Assembly (NCBI GenBank): GCA_944350495.1
Contig: CALVOZ010000004.1
Coordinates: 77,564-141,563 of the forward strand
Length of the DNA: 64,000 nt
Source of the DNA: an uncultured Bacilli bacterium
GTDB taxonomy: Bacteria; Bacillota_I; Bacilli_A; RF39; UBA660
Direction: 5' to 3'
The notes under the pieces are model-generated. The model made no database searches and was not told the DNA's origin. It worked only from the letters and a program-made list of their open reading frames with translations. Position numbers and translations under genes: made by a program. Shown piece by piece: positions 10,211-18,159 of the stretch (its first letter is position 1; every line of letters starts with the position of its first letter).

Positions 10211-10771
10211 TTAAATATACACTTTTTTACTATATCTTCCAAAATTCGATTCTTGTTCTTCCTCATCTAATTGAGCTAAAACAACGCTACCATCTTCAAG
10301 ACTTCTTTTTACATCAATAATTCTTTGATTAGTTGAGCCTCTAAATCTAGCACTATAACTTTTTTTAGCAATTATAAATGGTCCATCTACTAAAATATCA
10401 ATTTCTTTTAGAAAATCCATAATTTCCTTTTTTTTAGTTGATGCTTTAAGTAAATCTTCATATAAAAATCCTGTATAACACCATACATTCATTCCCAACT
10501 TATGCACATATTTAGCTAATTCTGCGCATGATGCAGGTTGAAAAAATGGGTCACCCCCACTAAATGTAACACCATCTTGAAATTCTAGTTCTGATAAAGC
10601 CGTTTTAACATCTTCTAATTCGACCTCATCACCACCATTAAAATCGTGGGTCCCAGGATTATGACAACCTGGACAGTTGTGTGAACAACCTTGTGTCCAC
10701 ACAACAGCCCTAATGCCTAATCCATCTACAATGCTATCAGTTTGAATCCCGCTAGCTAATCTAATTTTCAT
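10211..10771 (-). CDS. nrdG: Anaerobic ribonucleotide reductase activating protein (radical SAM)
   Basis: 186 aa. CSHNCPGC (CxxxCxxC) near the N-terminus. Its ATG overlaps the stop of the upstream 58-aa ORF by 1 nt. Confidence 0.9.
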   Translation of the reverse strand: MKIRLASGIQTDSIVDGLGIRAVVWTQGCSHNCPGCHNPGTHDFNGGDEVELEDVKTALSELEFQDGVTFSGGDPFFQPASCAELAKYVHKLGMNVWCYTGFLYEDLLKASTKKKEIMDFLKEIDILVDGPFIIAKKSYSARFRGSTNQRIIDVKRSLEDGSVVLAQLDEEEQESNFGRYSKKVYI

Positions 10772-10947
10772 TATGCTTTTTGTTGTGCTTTAGAACAAGC
10801 CATTACTTCTTTAATACCAGTATGCTTAACCCTGTCTTTTTCTTCAGCTCTCTTACCGTTATTAAATCTTTTAACGTCTCCTGAAAGATATCCTGTAACT
10901 CTTCTAATTCTTTCGAATCCTACACCTTCACCAACAGTTTTTTCCAT
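10771..10947 (-). CDS. Stand-alone NrdD glycyl-radical domain (58 aa)
   Basis: ATG at 10945-10947, preceded by AGGAGGAA (10954-10961) that overlaps the nrdD TAG stop. Translation is MEKTVGEGVGFERIRRVTGYLSGDVKRFNNGKRAEEKDRVKHTG... The RRVTGYL motif is the class III RNR glycyl-radical signature (cf. RVCGY). It is in the same frame as nrdD but separated by two stops (TAG, TAA). Confidence 0.6.
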   Translation of the reverse strand: MEKTVGEGVGFERIRRVTGYLSGDVKRFNNGKRAEEKDRVKHTGIKEVMACSKAQQKA

Positions 10948-10959
10948 ATTTTATTCCTC

Positions 10960-13266
10960 CTAATTACAATTAAAATTTTTTATTTCTTCTAGTGGTACTG
11001 CATCAAATTCTTTACGACCACATCCTGGACATACATCCTCAATTACTCCAACATATCCACAAACTGGATCTCTATCAACTGGGTGGTTAATAGCACCATA
11101 ACCAATACCAGATTCTTTCATAAGTCTAATAATGCTTTCAAAAGCATCAACATTTTGAACTGTATCACCATCTAACTCAATATATGAGATATGGCCACCA
11201 TTTGTTAAATTATGATATGGAGCCTCTTTCTCAATTTTATCTTTAATATTAATTTTATAATATACTGGTATGTGAAATGAGTTAGTATAATAATTTTTAT
11301 CTGTAACACCTTTAATTTTGCCATAAATTGCTTTATCAATATTAACAAACCTACCAGATAATCCTTCAGCTGGAGTAGCAATTAAAGTAAAGTTTAAATT
11401 GTATTCTTTACAGAATTCATTACATTTATTTCTCATAAACTGAATTATTTCTAATCCTAATTTTTGAGCTTTTTCAGATTCACCATGATGTTCACCAATT
11501 AAAGATTTTAAAGTTTCCGCTAAACCGATAAAACCAATTGTTAAAGTACCATGTTTTAATATCTTACGTAATCTATCAGTTGGTTTTAACTTATCACCAT
11601 CTGTCCATACTCCTTGAGCAAGTAAGAATGGAAAATTATAAACTCTTTTATTACATTGAACTTCAAATCTTTCTAGTAATTGATCTCTAACAAGTTCCAT
11701 TCTCTCACCTAATTCAGCGTAGAATCCTTCCATATCTGGTTTTTTTCTAGTATTTTGACAAATACCATGTTTAATACCAATACGAGGTAAATTAATACTT
11801 GTAAACGATAAATTACCACGACCACCTGTTGTTTGATTATTTAAATCAGTAACATCAGCCATAACTCTTGTACGACATCCCATATAACCAACTTCAGTAC
11901 GAACATCGCCTTCTTTATAATACTCTAAATTAAATGGAGCATCCAAGAAAGAGAAATTAGGGAATAATCGTTTAGAAGATACTTTACATGCTAATCTAAA
12001 CAAATCATAGTTCTTATCTTCTTTATTATAGTTAACGCCTTCTTTTACCTTAAAGATTGAAACTGGGAAAATTGGAGTTTCACCTTTTCCTAATCCAGCT
12101 TCAGTAGCTAAAAGATAATTTTTAATAACCATTCTACCTTCTGGCGTAGTATCAGTACCAAAATTAATAGATGAGAATGGTACTTGAGCACCAGCCCTAG
12201 AATGCATTGTATTTAAATTATGAATAAAAGCTTCCATAGCTTGATATGTCTCACGATCAGTTTTCTGAATAGCCTTATCATATGCTTTTTCAAAGTTTCT
12301 TTTCATTAATTCTGAATCTTTATAAATACCTTCAAAAATATTTATATCAAATTCAATACTATCTAACTTATCAATTTCTTTTTCAATACGATCCATATTT
12401 ATAAATGGAAGCATATCTTGGAAATCTAATACATCATAAATTTGTTGTTTAAATTGTTTTTTAAACGTACATAACACACCTGGTGCCATATAGAAATCAA
12501 AAGCTGGTATTGATTGTCCACCATGTTGATCATTTTGATTTGACTGAATTGCAATAGCTGCAAGTGCACTATAAGAAATAATACTCTTTGGAGGTCTTAA
12601 ATGACCATGTCCAGTTGAAAAACCTTTCTTAAATAATCTATCCAATTCAATTTGCATGCAAGTTGTTGTACCCATTGCTAAAAAGTCCATATCATGAATA
12701 TGAATATATCCATCATCATGAGCATCTGCAAATTTTTTCTTCATTAAATATGTTTTAGCAAACTCTTTGGAAATTGTACTTCCGTATTGAAGCATAGTTC
12801 CCATAGCACTATCACCATCAATATTAGCATTTTCACGTTTAGTATCATCTTCGTTAGCGCTCTTAAGTCCTAATCCTTCAATAGTTTTTAAAAACTTATG
12901 TTTTCTTTTATCATCAAAGAATAATTCACGTGATTGTGCTCTTCTTTCACGATAATCAGCAAATGATTTCCTTACATCTTCGTATCCTTGCTTGCTTAAT
13001 TCAAATTCAATTAAATCTTGAATTTCTTCAATTTTAATTTTATCTTTATCAGCGTATTCTTTTTCAATTCTTTTTAAAACACAATTATAAACTTTATTAA
13101 CGTCTTTTTCTGTGTATGTTCTTTTTTCTTCATCAACTTCGTTTAAAACGACGATATTTTCAAATCCTTTTTTAATAGCTACTGCGATCTTTGAACCATC
13201 AAAATCAACTTTTTTGCCATTTCGTTTAACTACTGCAATAGATAGTTTGTTTTTTAAATCTGCCAT
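10960..13266 (-). CDS. nrdD: Anaerobic ribonucleoside-triphosphate reductase (class III) large chain, ending after the Zn-ribbon and lacking its own glycyl-radical domain
   Basis: 768 aa. N-terminal ATP-cone (VVKRNGKKVDFDGSKIAVAIKK), class III core, and C-terminal PVCGYVGVIEDVCPGCG Zn site followed by a stop. RBS AGGAGAT upstream. Confidence 0.92.
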   Translation of the reverse strand: MADLKNKLSIAVVKRNGKKVDFDGSKIAVAIKKGFENIVVLNEVDEEKRTYTEKDVNKVYNCVLKRIEKEYADKDKIKIEEIQDLIEFELSKQGYEDVRKSFADYRERRAQSRELFFDDKRKHKFLKTIEGLGLKSANEDDTKRENANIDGDSAMGTMLQYGSTISKEFAKTYLMKKKFADAHDDGYIHIHDMDFLAMGTTTCMQIELDRLFKKGFSTGHGHLRPPKSIISYSALAAIAIQSNQNDQHGGQSIPAFDFYMAPGVLCTFKKQFKQQIYDVLDFQDMLPFINMDRIEKEIDKLDSIEFDINIFEGIYKDSELMKRNFEKAYDKAIQKTDRETYQAMEAFIHNLNTMHSRAGAQVPFSSINFGTDTTPEGRMVIKNYLLATEAGLGKGETPIFPVSIFKVKEGVNYNKEDKNYDLFRLACKVSSKRLFPNFSFLDAPFNLEYYKEGDVRTEVGYMGCRTRVMADVTDLNNQTTGGRGNLSFTSINLPRIGIKHGICQNTRKKPDMEGFYAELGERMELVRDQLLERFEVQCNKRVYNFPFLLAQGVWTDGDKLKPTDRLRKILKHGTLTIGFIGLAETLKSLIGEHHGESEKAQKLGLEIIQFMRNKCNEFCKEYNLNFTLIATPAEGLSGRFVNIDKAIYGKIKGVTDKNYYTNSFHIPVYYKINIKDKIEKEAPYHNLTNGGHISYIELDGDTVQNVDAFESIIRLMKESGIGYGAINHPVDRDPVCGYVGVIEDVCPGCGRKEFDAVPLEEIKNFNCN

Positions 13267-13388
13267 ATTAAATCTCCTACTCTATGATAGCTTCATCTAC
13301 TACCTTTATCTAGGTTAAGTATAGCACTTTTTTTCGCTAAAAATCAATATTTTTTTGATAAAAAATTTTTTTATTTTTTTATGTTTTA

Positions 13389-13457
13389 GTTTGCCCTTAT
13401 TTTTCACAGTTTTTTGATTTTCTTACTTTACATTTTAGGGTTTGCCCTTATTTTTCA
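13389..13457. promoter_or_regulatory. Two direct 18-bp repeats (sense strand TGAAAAATAAGGGCAAAC) in the nrdD 5' region
   Basis: Copies at about 13389-13406 and 13438-13457, 49 bp apart. GC-rich cores sit in an AT-only intergenic region of 315 bp upstream of nrdD. Confidence 0.35.
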
Positions 13458-13581
13458 AGGATTTTAATTTTTATTTTTTTAAAAAAATTAAAAAAATCAA
13501 AAATTCATTTTTTTGATTTTTCATTTTTTTCACTTTTTTGTATAAAAAATATTGAGCATTTTCGATACTATATAAGATTGT

Positions 13582-14403
13582 TTATTTTTGGCATACTTTA
13601 CAGTAGTAAGTGCCTCTTCCACCCACAACAATTTTAGTAATTGGATATCCACAATTAGGACACATTTCACCATTTTTATTGTGCACTAATAAGTTATTTT
13701 GAAATCTGCCGTGAACTCCTTCACTAGATTCATAGGATTTAATAGTTGTTCCCCCTAATTCAATAGCTTTCTCTAAAATAGATCTCGTATTTGCAATAAT
13801 ACTTTTGCATTCCTTATTAGTTAAAGTAGATGCTACCTTTAAAGGGTTTATCTTAGACAAGAATAAGATTTCATCGGCATAAATATTACCAATTCCTGTA
13901 ATAATTGATTGATCTAATAATAAAGTTTTAATCGGTAATCGCTTACTCTTATATTTTTCTAACAAATAATTACTAGTTAAATTATCATCCCATGGCTCTA
14001 AACCCAATTCTTTTATTTGTTTACACTCATTAATATTATCCTTTTCAATCAATAGCATTCGGCCAAATTTACGAGTATCACGATAACGTAATTCTTCACC
14101 ACTATCTAATTTAAAGATAATATGTTCATGCTTATTAATCTCATCAACATCCTTTTTAATGAAATACTTACCTTCCATTCGAAGATGGCTAAGTAAATAG
14201 TAATTATCTAATTCAAACATTAACCATTTACCTTTCCGTTTTATATCATTAATTTTCTGATTTTTAATTTTTTTCTTAAATTCATTTGATGTTGGATATT
14301 CAATAATATTTTCATATCTTATATCAACATCTATAATTTTTTTATTCAAAATTAATCTTTTTAAAGTATTTCTTACAGTTTCTACTTCTGGTAATTCCGG
14401 CAT
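13582..14403 (-). CDS. mutM: Formamidopyrimidine-DNA glycosylase
   Basis: 273 aa. N-terminal MPELPEVETVR (catalytic Pro2/Glu3), with a C-terminal zinc finger CPNCG...YYCKVCQK. Confidence 0.9.
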   Translation of the reverse strand: MPELPEVETVRNTLKRLILNKKIIDVDIRYENIIEYPTSNEFKKKIKNQKINDIKRKGKWLMFELDNYYLLSHLRMEGKYFIKKDVDEINKHEHIIFKLDSGEELRYRDTRKFGRMLLIEKDNINECKQIKELGLEPWDDNLTSNYLLEKYKSKRLPIKTLLLDQSIITGIGNIYADEILFLSKINPLKVASTLTNKECKSIIANTRSILEKAIELGGTTIKSYESSEGVHGRFQNNLLVHNKNGEMCPNCGYPITKIVVGGRGTYYCKVCQK

Positions 14404-14415
14404 ACTACACCTCTA

Positions 14416-15129
14416 CTATCTTACTTTTCGCTTAATGTCTTCCCTAATTAAATTTCCTGCGCTGCCATCTCCATTTAATGCTTCATCTAGTGTTTGGGTA
14501 ATAGGTTGTTGCATATATATGTATCTTAAGACGTCATCAGCTTCAACATCAAACTCACTCATTCCATTATACACTAAATTGCGTAAATATTCATGAAAAA
14601 GCGCTAAATTCTTTTGAATTAATCTTTGTAGTGGTAAATCTGATTCTTGAATAGTATCAGTCCCATAAAATTTTAATGCTTTTAAAGTACCACTACTTCG
14701 ATGTGATAACATTTGATTAAAGTCATAACCCATATTAGACAGTAACATAATTTCATCACGCATAATTTTTAAGCTTTCTTTTAAGTCTATTCCTTTACCA
14801 TAAAAACTATCAATCCAATCATTTTCTAGATTTTCATAAGCGCATCCACAATACTTACCATCATTATAAATTGGATAACTTGGTAGAATAATTCTCTTAG
14901 TTTTCAATTTTGATAATTTCAAACATGAATCATGTGAAATAGATGTAGTTAATGATGCAAAAAGTTTAATTCGATATTTACCTATGCTGTAAATAGTATT
15001 ACCGTATCCGTCACTCATCATTGTATCATCATCTAATACTATTTCTTTTTTTCCCATTTTGTACATAAAAACACCTCCACATTGCCACAAAATTATTACA
15101 TTATATGATATTTTTATATACGAAGTCAA
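14416..15129 (-). CDS. Hypothetical protein
   Basis: 237 aa ORF. The probable start is the internal Met (MYKMGKKEIVL). No recognisable motif. Confidence 0.45.
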   Translation of the reverse strand: MTSYIKISYNVIILWQCGGVFMYKMGKKEIVLDDDTMMSDGYGNTIYSIGKYRIKLFASLTTSISHDSCLKLSKLKTKRIILPSYPIYNDGKYCGCAYENLENDWIDSFYGKGIDLKESLKIMRDEIMLLSNMGYDFNQMLSHRSSGTLKALKFYGTDTIQESDLPLQRLIQKNLALFHEYLRNLVYNGMSEFDVEADDVLRYIYMQQPITQTLDEALNGDGSAGNLIREDIKRKVR

Positions 15130-15154
15130 GGAAATTTAATAATTTTTTATAAAT

Positions 15155-15190
15155 ATAAAAAAAATTGCTTATGTATAAAGCAATTTTTCT
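15155..15190 (-). terminator. Terminator after the EF-Tu-fragment operon
   Basis: attgctt-atgtata-aagcaat hairpin, with a T-run on the minus transcript directly after the stop at 15191. Confidence 0.6.
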
Positions 15191-15964
15191 TTAATAAACT
15201 CTAGTTATTTTTCCACTACCGACTGTCTTTCCGCCTTCTCTTATTGAAATTTCCATGCCCTTTTCCATAGCAACTGAAGTTTCTAGATTAATCATAACTT
15301 TAGCAGATTCGCCAGGGTTAACACTATCAACACCATCAAGTAAAGTTGTTTTTCCCTTTATTCCAATAGTTTCAAAATAGAACTCAGGTTGATATTCATT
15401 ATATATTGGAGTTTTTCTCCCTCCAACATCACTCGTGTACAATGTTATTTCTGCTTCAAATTTTTTAGAAGAAATAATTGAATTTGGTTGTGCTAAAACT
15501 TGTCCTCGTTGAACTTGATTTCTTTCTACATCTTTTAAAATCAGTCCAACTTCATCTCCCATTATAGCATAATCATTTTCTGAGCGAAATTTATCAATAC
15601 TTATAACAGTTGTCGTTATTATTTTTTGATCTAAACCAATTATTTGAACTGTATCACCAATATTTATTTTCCCTCTTACAACTGTACCAGTTACAACTGT
15701 ACCACGATCTGTAATTGTAAATACATCTTCAATTGGAAAAAGAAAAGCACCATTTTCATCATATGTTAAATTAACATTTTTATCAAGTTTTCCATTTATA
15801 GTTTCGTCATAAGAATAATTGTCATCAACATTATTATTCTCATTTACTTTCTTACTATCTTCTTTTGTACCACAGCCAATTAAAACAAACACACATAATA
15901 ATGAAACGGTTAACATCAACATTTTGTGTGCAAATACAAATTTCTTTTGATTATAATTTTTCAC
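15191..15964 (-). CDS. Lipoprotein consisting of EF-Tu domain II and domain III
   Basis: 257 aa, GTG start with RBS AAAGGAG overlapping the upstream stop. Signal peptide with lipobox LIGC (MLMLTVSLLCVFVLIGCG). The mature part aligns with EF-Tu domain II (FLFPIEDVFTITDRGTVVTGTVVRGKINIGDTVQIIG...RGQVLAQP) and domain III (KFEAEITLYTSDVGGRKTPIYNEYQPEFYFET...REGGKTVGSGKITRV). Confidence 0.7.
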   Translation of the reverse strand: MKNYNQKKFVFAHKMLMLTVSLLCVFVLIGCGTKEDSKKVNENNNVDDNYSYDETINGKLDKNVNLTYDENGAFLFPIEDVFTITDRGTVVTGTVVRGKINIGDTVQIIGLDQKIITTTVISIDKFRSENDYAIMGDEVGLILKDVERNQVQRGQVLAQPNSIISSKKFEAEITLYTSDVGGRKTPIYNEYQPEFYFETIGIKGKTTLLDGVDSVNPGESAKVMINLETSVAMEKGMEISIREGGKTVGSGKITRVY

Positions 15965-15977
15965 AATAAATACTCCT

Positions 15978-16958
15978 TTAATCTAAAATTTCATCGACAA
16001 ATCCAACAGCTACAATACGTTCTCCCTCGCAAAGTTGAACTTTCATTCCTTTATTTACTTCTACACTGCTATCAAGATGTATATTTATGTCTACATCATT
16101 CCCCGGTGCAACTAATTCAATATTATCTATTAATTCAACTTTACCTTGAACACTATCTTTACCTATTTTTATAGTTGGTTGATAATTATTGAAAAATGGA
16201 GTATGACGCCCTCCTTCATCAGCTGTTAAAGCATAAATATGTGCTTTAAATTTTTTTGTTGGAACTTTTTCTTCATTTTGTGATAATGGTTCTAACCACT
16301 CGTCAGTTTCTTTCATCAACTGTTCAATGCTTTGTTCAGCTTCTTTATCACCTTCAATAGCTTTAAGTGCTGAACCTCTAACTATTGGTGTATTAGAACC
16401 ATCAAAGCCATATTCGTTCAATAAATCACGTATATCATATTCAATTTGATCTAATACTTTATCATCTTTAACTAAATCACATTTGTTGATATAAACTACA
16501 ATTTTGGGAACTCCAATTTGACTTATCAACTTCACTTGTTCATAAGTTTCAGGCATTAATCCTTCTGTAGCAGACACAACCAATATAGCGCCATCTAATT
16601 TAATATCCCCTGAAATAATGCCTTTTATATAATCTTCATTACTAGGCATATCAAAATGAATGTATTTTTTTGATTTTGTCACATATTCTGTTTTGAAATA
16701 ATTATAAACTACACCATCAGCTTCAGTTGATATAACTGAACTATCAATTTCATTGGTACTTACATAATCTCCATACATTTTTGTTATTGCGGATGTCAAA
16801 GTTGTCTTACCATGATCTTCATTTCCAATAACTGCAATGGTTACATTATCGTTATTTTTTTTATTATCCTTATTATTAAATATAACAAATGCTAGTGCTG
16901 ATAAAATCACTGCTAACGATATACCAATTATAATAAATTTATTTTTATTATTATTCAT
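15978..16958 (-). CDS. Signal-anchored degenerate EF-Tu G-domain plus domain III; domain II absent
   Basis: 326 aa. N-terminal MNNNKNKF plus TM (IIIGISLAVILSALAFVIF). G1 GNEDHGKTTL, G4 NKCD and G5 GSAL are conserved. G3 DCPGH is replaced by DMPSN. The protein then runs directly into EF-Tu domain III (KFKAHIYALTADEGGRHTPFFNNYQPTIKIG...). Confidence 0.7.
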   Translation of the reverse strand: MNNNKNKFIIIGISLAVILSALAFVIFNNKDNKKNNDNVTIAVIGNEDHGKTTLTSAITKMYGDYVSTNEIDSSVISTEADGVVYNYFKTEYVTKSKKYIHFDMPSNEDYIKGIISGDIKLDGAILVVSATEGLMPETYEQVKLISQIGVPKIVVYINKCDLVKDDKVLDQIEYDIRDLLNEYGFDGSNTPIVRGSALKAIEGDKEAEQSIEQLMKETDEWLEPLSQNEEKVPTKKFKAHIYALTADEGGRHTPFFNNYQPTIKIGKDSVQGKVELIDNIELVAPGNDVDINIHLDSSVEVNKGMKVQLCEGERIVAVGFVDEILD

Positions 16959-17018
16959 TTCTATTTCCTCCTATTATTATTTTCAGTATTATTATAACAT
17001 ATATTTATAGCAATTCCC

Positions 17019-17050
17019 CCAAAAAAAAACGATTTATAAAATCGTTTTTT
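17019..17050 (-). terminator. Terminator after rpmA
   Basis: aaacgattt-ataaa-atcgttt hairpin flanked by A and T runs, immediately after the rpmA stop (17049-17051). Confidence 0.65.
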
Positions 17051-17345
17051 AAATTTCTGGATAAACACTTACTTGTTTTTTATCTCTTCCAACACGTTCA
17101 AATTTTACATATCCGCTTACTTTAGCGTATACTGTATCATCTGATCCAATTCCAACGTTATGTCCTGGATAAATTTTAGTTCCTCTTTGACGATATAATA
17201 TAGAACCACCAGATACATATTCACCATCGGCAGCTTTAGCTCCTAATCTTTTAGAAATTGAATCACGGCCGTTTTTAGTTGAACCTTGACCTTTTTTATG
17301 AGCGAATAATTGGATATTTAATGTCATCAACTTCATAGATGGCAC
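17049..17345 (-). CDS. rpmA: Ribosomal protein L27 with N-terminal propeptide
   Basis: 98 aa. [23 protein letters not shown]. The Firmicute Prp cleavage motif precedes the conserved AHKKG. Confidence 0.95.
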   Translation of the reverse strand: MPSMKLMTLNIQLFAHKKGQGSTKNGRDSISKRLGAKAADGEYVSGGSILYRQRGTKIYPGHNVGIGSDDTVYAKVSGYVKFERVGRDKKQVSVYPEI

Positions 17346-17352
17346 CTCCCTA

Positions 17353-17658
17353 TCATATTTTAATTTTCACATATTCTTTATATTCTTCAGCAAGATTTTG
17401 TAATAAATTAATCATATTATTAATCAACTTATCTATTACTTCACTATGCTTTATAATACCGATTTCTAATAATCCTTCAGCTTCACTATATACTACACAT
17501 TCCTCATCAATACTAATTAAAGCATTTACGGTAGTTATAGTTATGCAAGATACAGATGCACATACAATGTCATACCCTTCTTCCGCGTATTCAGCATGTC
17601 CTGATATCTTGATGTAATTAATACTATCGTTTTTTTCTTTTACTTCAATATTAATCAT
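17353..17658 (-). CDS. prp: Ribosomal-processing cysteine protease Prp
   Basis: 101 aa. GHAEY...DIVCASVS (His/Cys dyad of the DUF464/Prp family), lying between rplU and rpmA. Confidence 0.85.
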   Translation of the reverse strand: MINIEVKEKNDSINYIKISGHAEYAEEGYDIVCASVSCITITTVNALISIDEECVVYSEAEGLLEIGIIKHSEVIDKLINNMINLLQNLAEEYKEYVKIKI

Positions 17659-17662
17659 TTTC

Positions 17663-17965
17663 TTATTTTACTTTTATAGATTTAATTTCAATTTTTGTAT
17701 ATGGTTGACGATGTCCTTGTTTTCTACGGTAATTCTTTTTAGAATTGTATTTATAAACGATAATTTTTTTGTTTTTACCATGCTTAACAATTTCACCTGT
17801 AACAACAGCACCTGCTAAATAAGGATATCCAACTTTGTCATTTACCATTAAAACTTTATCAAATTCAACTGTTTTACCAGCTTCACCTTCTAATTTTTCT
17901 ACATAAATGATTGATCCTTCTTCAACAAAATATTGTTTTCCACCAGTTTCAATAACTGCTTTCAT
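17663..17965 (-). CDS. rplU: Ribosomal protein L21
   Basis: 100 aa. [17 protein letters not shown]..., a typical L21. Confidence 0.95.
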   Translation of the reverse strand: MKAVIETGGKQYFVEEGSIIYVEKLEGEAGKTVEFDKVLMVNDKVGYPYLAGAVVTGEIVKHGKNKKIIVYKYNSKKNYRRKQGHRQPYTKIEIKSIKVK

Positions 17966-17984
17966 TTTATCCTCCTTTTAATCT

Positions 17985-18065
17985 AAGACTCGCCATTTAA
18001 GGTAACTCACGTTTTAAAACCTTCTCAGTGCGGTTGTAGAATGAGGCTCTACACAGTATTAAATT
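17985..18065 (-). promoter_or_regulatory. Putative rplU 5' leader (L21-leader-like structured element)
   Basis: GC-enriched patch (gcggttgtagaatgaggctctacac...) in an otherwise AT-rich intergenic region, just upstream of the rplU RBS AAAGGAGGAT. The position matches the Firmicute L21 leader. Structure not verified. Confidence 0.35.
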
Positions 18066-18119
18066 TTAACACACTTACCTTTTTTTGTCAAACAAAATAA
18101 GTATTTTTAATATCAAAAT

Positions 18120-18158
18120 ATCAAAAAAAGATTCTCTTTTGAAAATCTTTTGATATTT
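18120..18158 (-). terminator. Terminator after the transglutaminase-like gene
   Basis: aaagatt-ctcttttgaa-aatcttt hairpin, with a T-run on the minus transcript. Confidence 0.55.
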
Positions 18159-18159
18159 T

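Noticed and set aside
10940-10965. I considered that the nrdD / Gly-radical-domain split is a frameshift or nonsense sequencing artefact.
   Set aside because: The two ORFs are in the same frame and separated by two stops (TAG, TAA) with an optimal Shine-Dalgarno and ATG in between. The downstream stop overlaps the nrdG start. This looks like a designed restart rather than a single-base error. It still deserves read-level confirmation.
15978-16958. I considered that the GTPase-like gene after rpmA is Obg, as in B. subtilis rplU-rpmA-...-obg.
   Set aside because: The G motifs (GNEDHGKTTL, NKCD, GSAL) and the C-terminal GGRHTPFFNNYQP block are EF-Tu-specific. There is no Obg fold domain and no GxPNxGKS P-loop.
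17985-18065. The GC-rich patch upstream of rplU was considered as a tRNA.
   Set aside because: There is no cloverleaf with anticodon arm and no T-loop GTTC motif. Its position right before the rplU RBS fits a ribosomal-protein leader instead.
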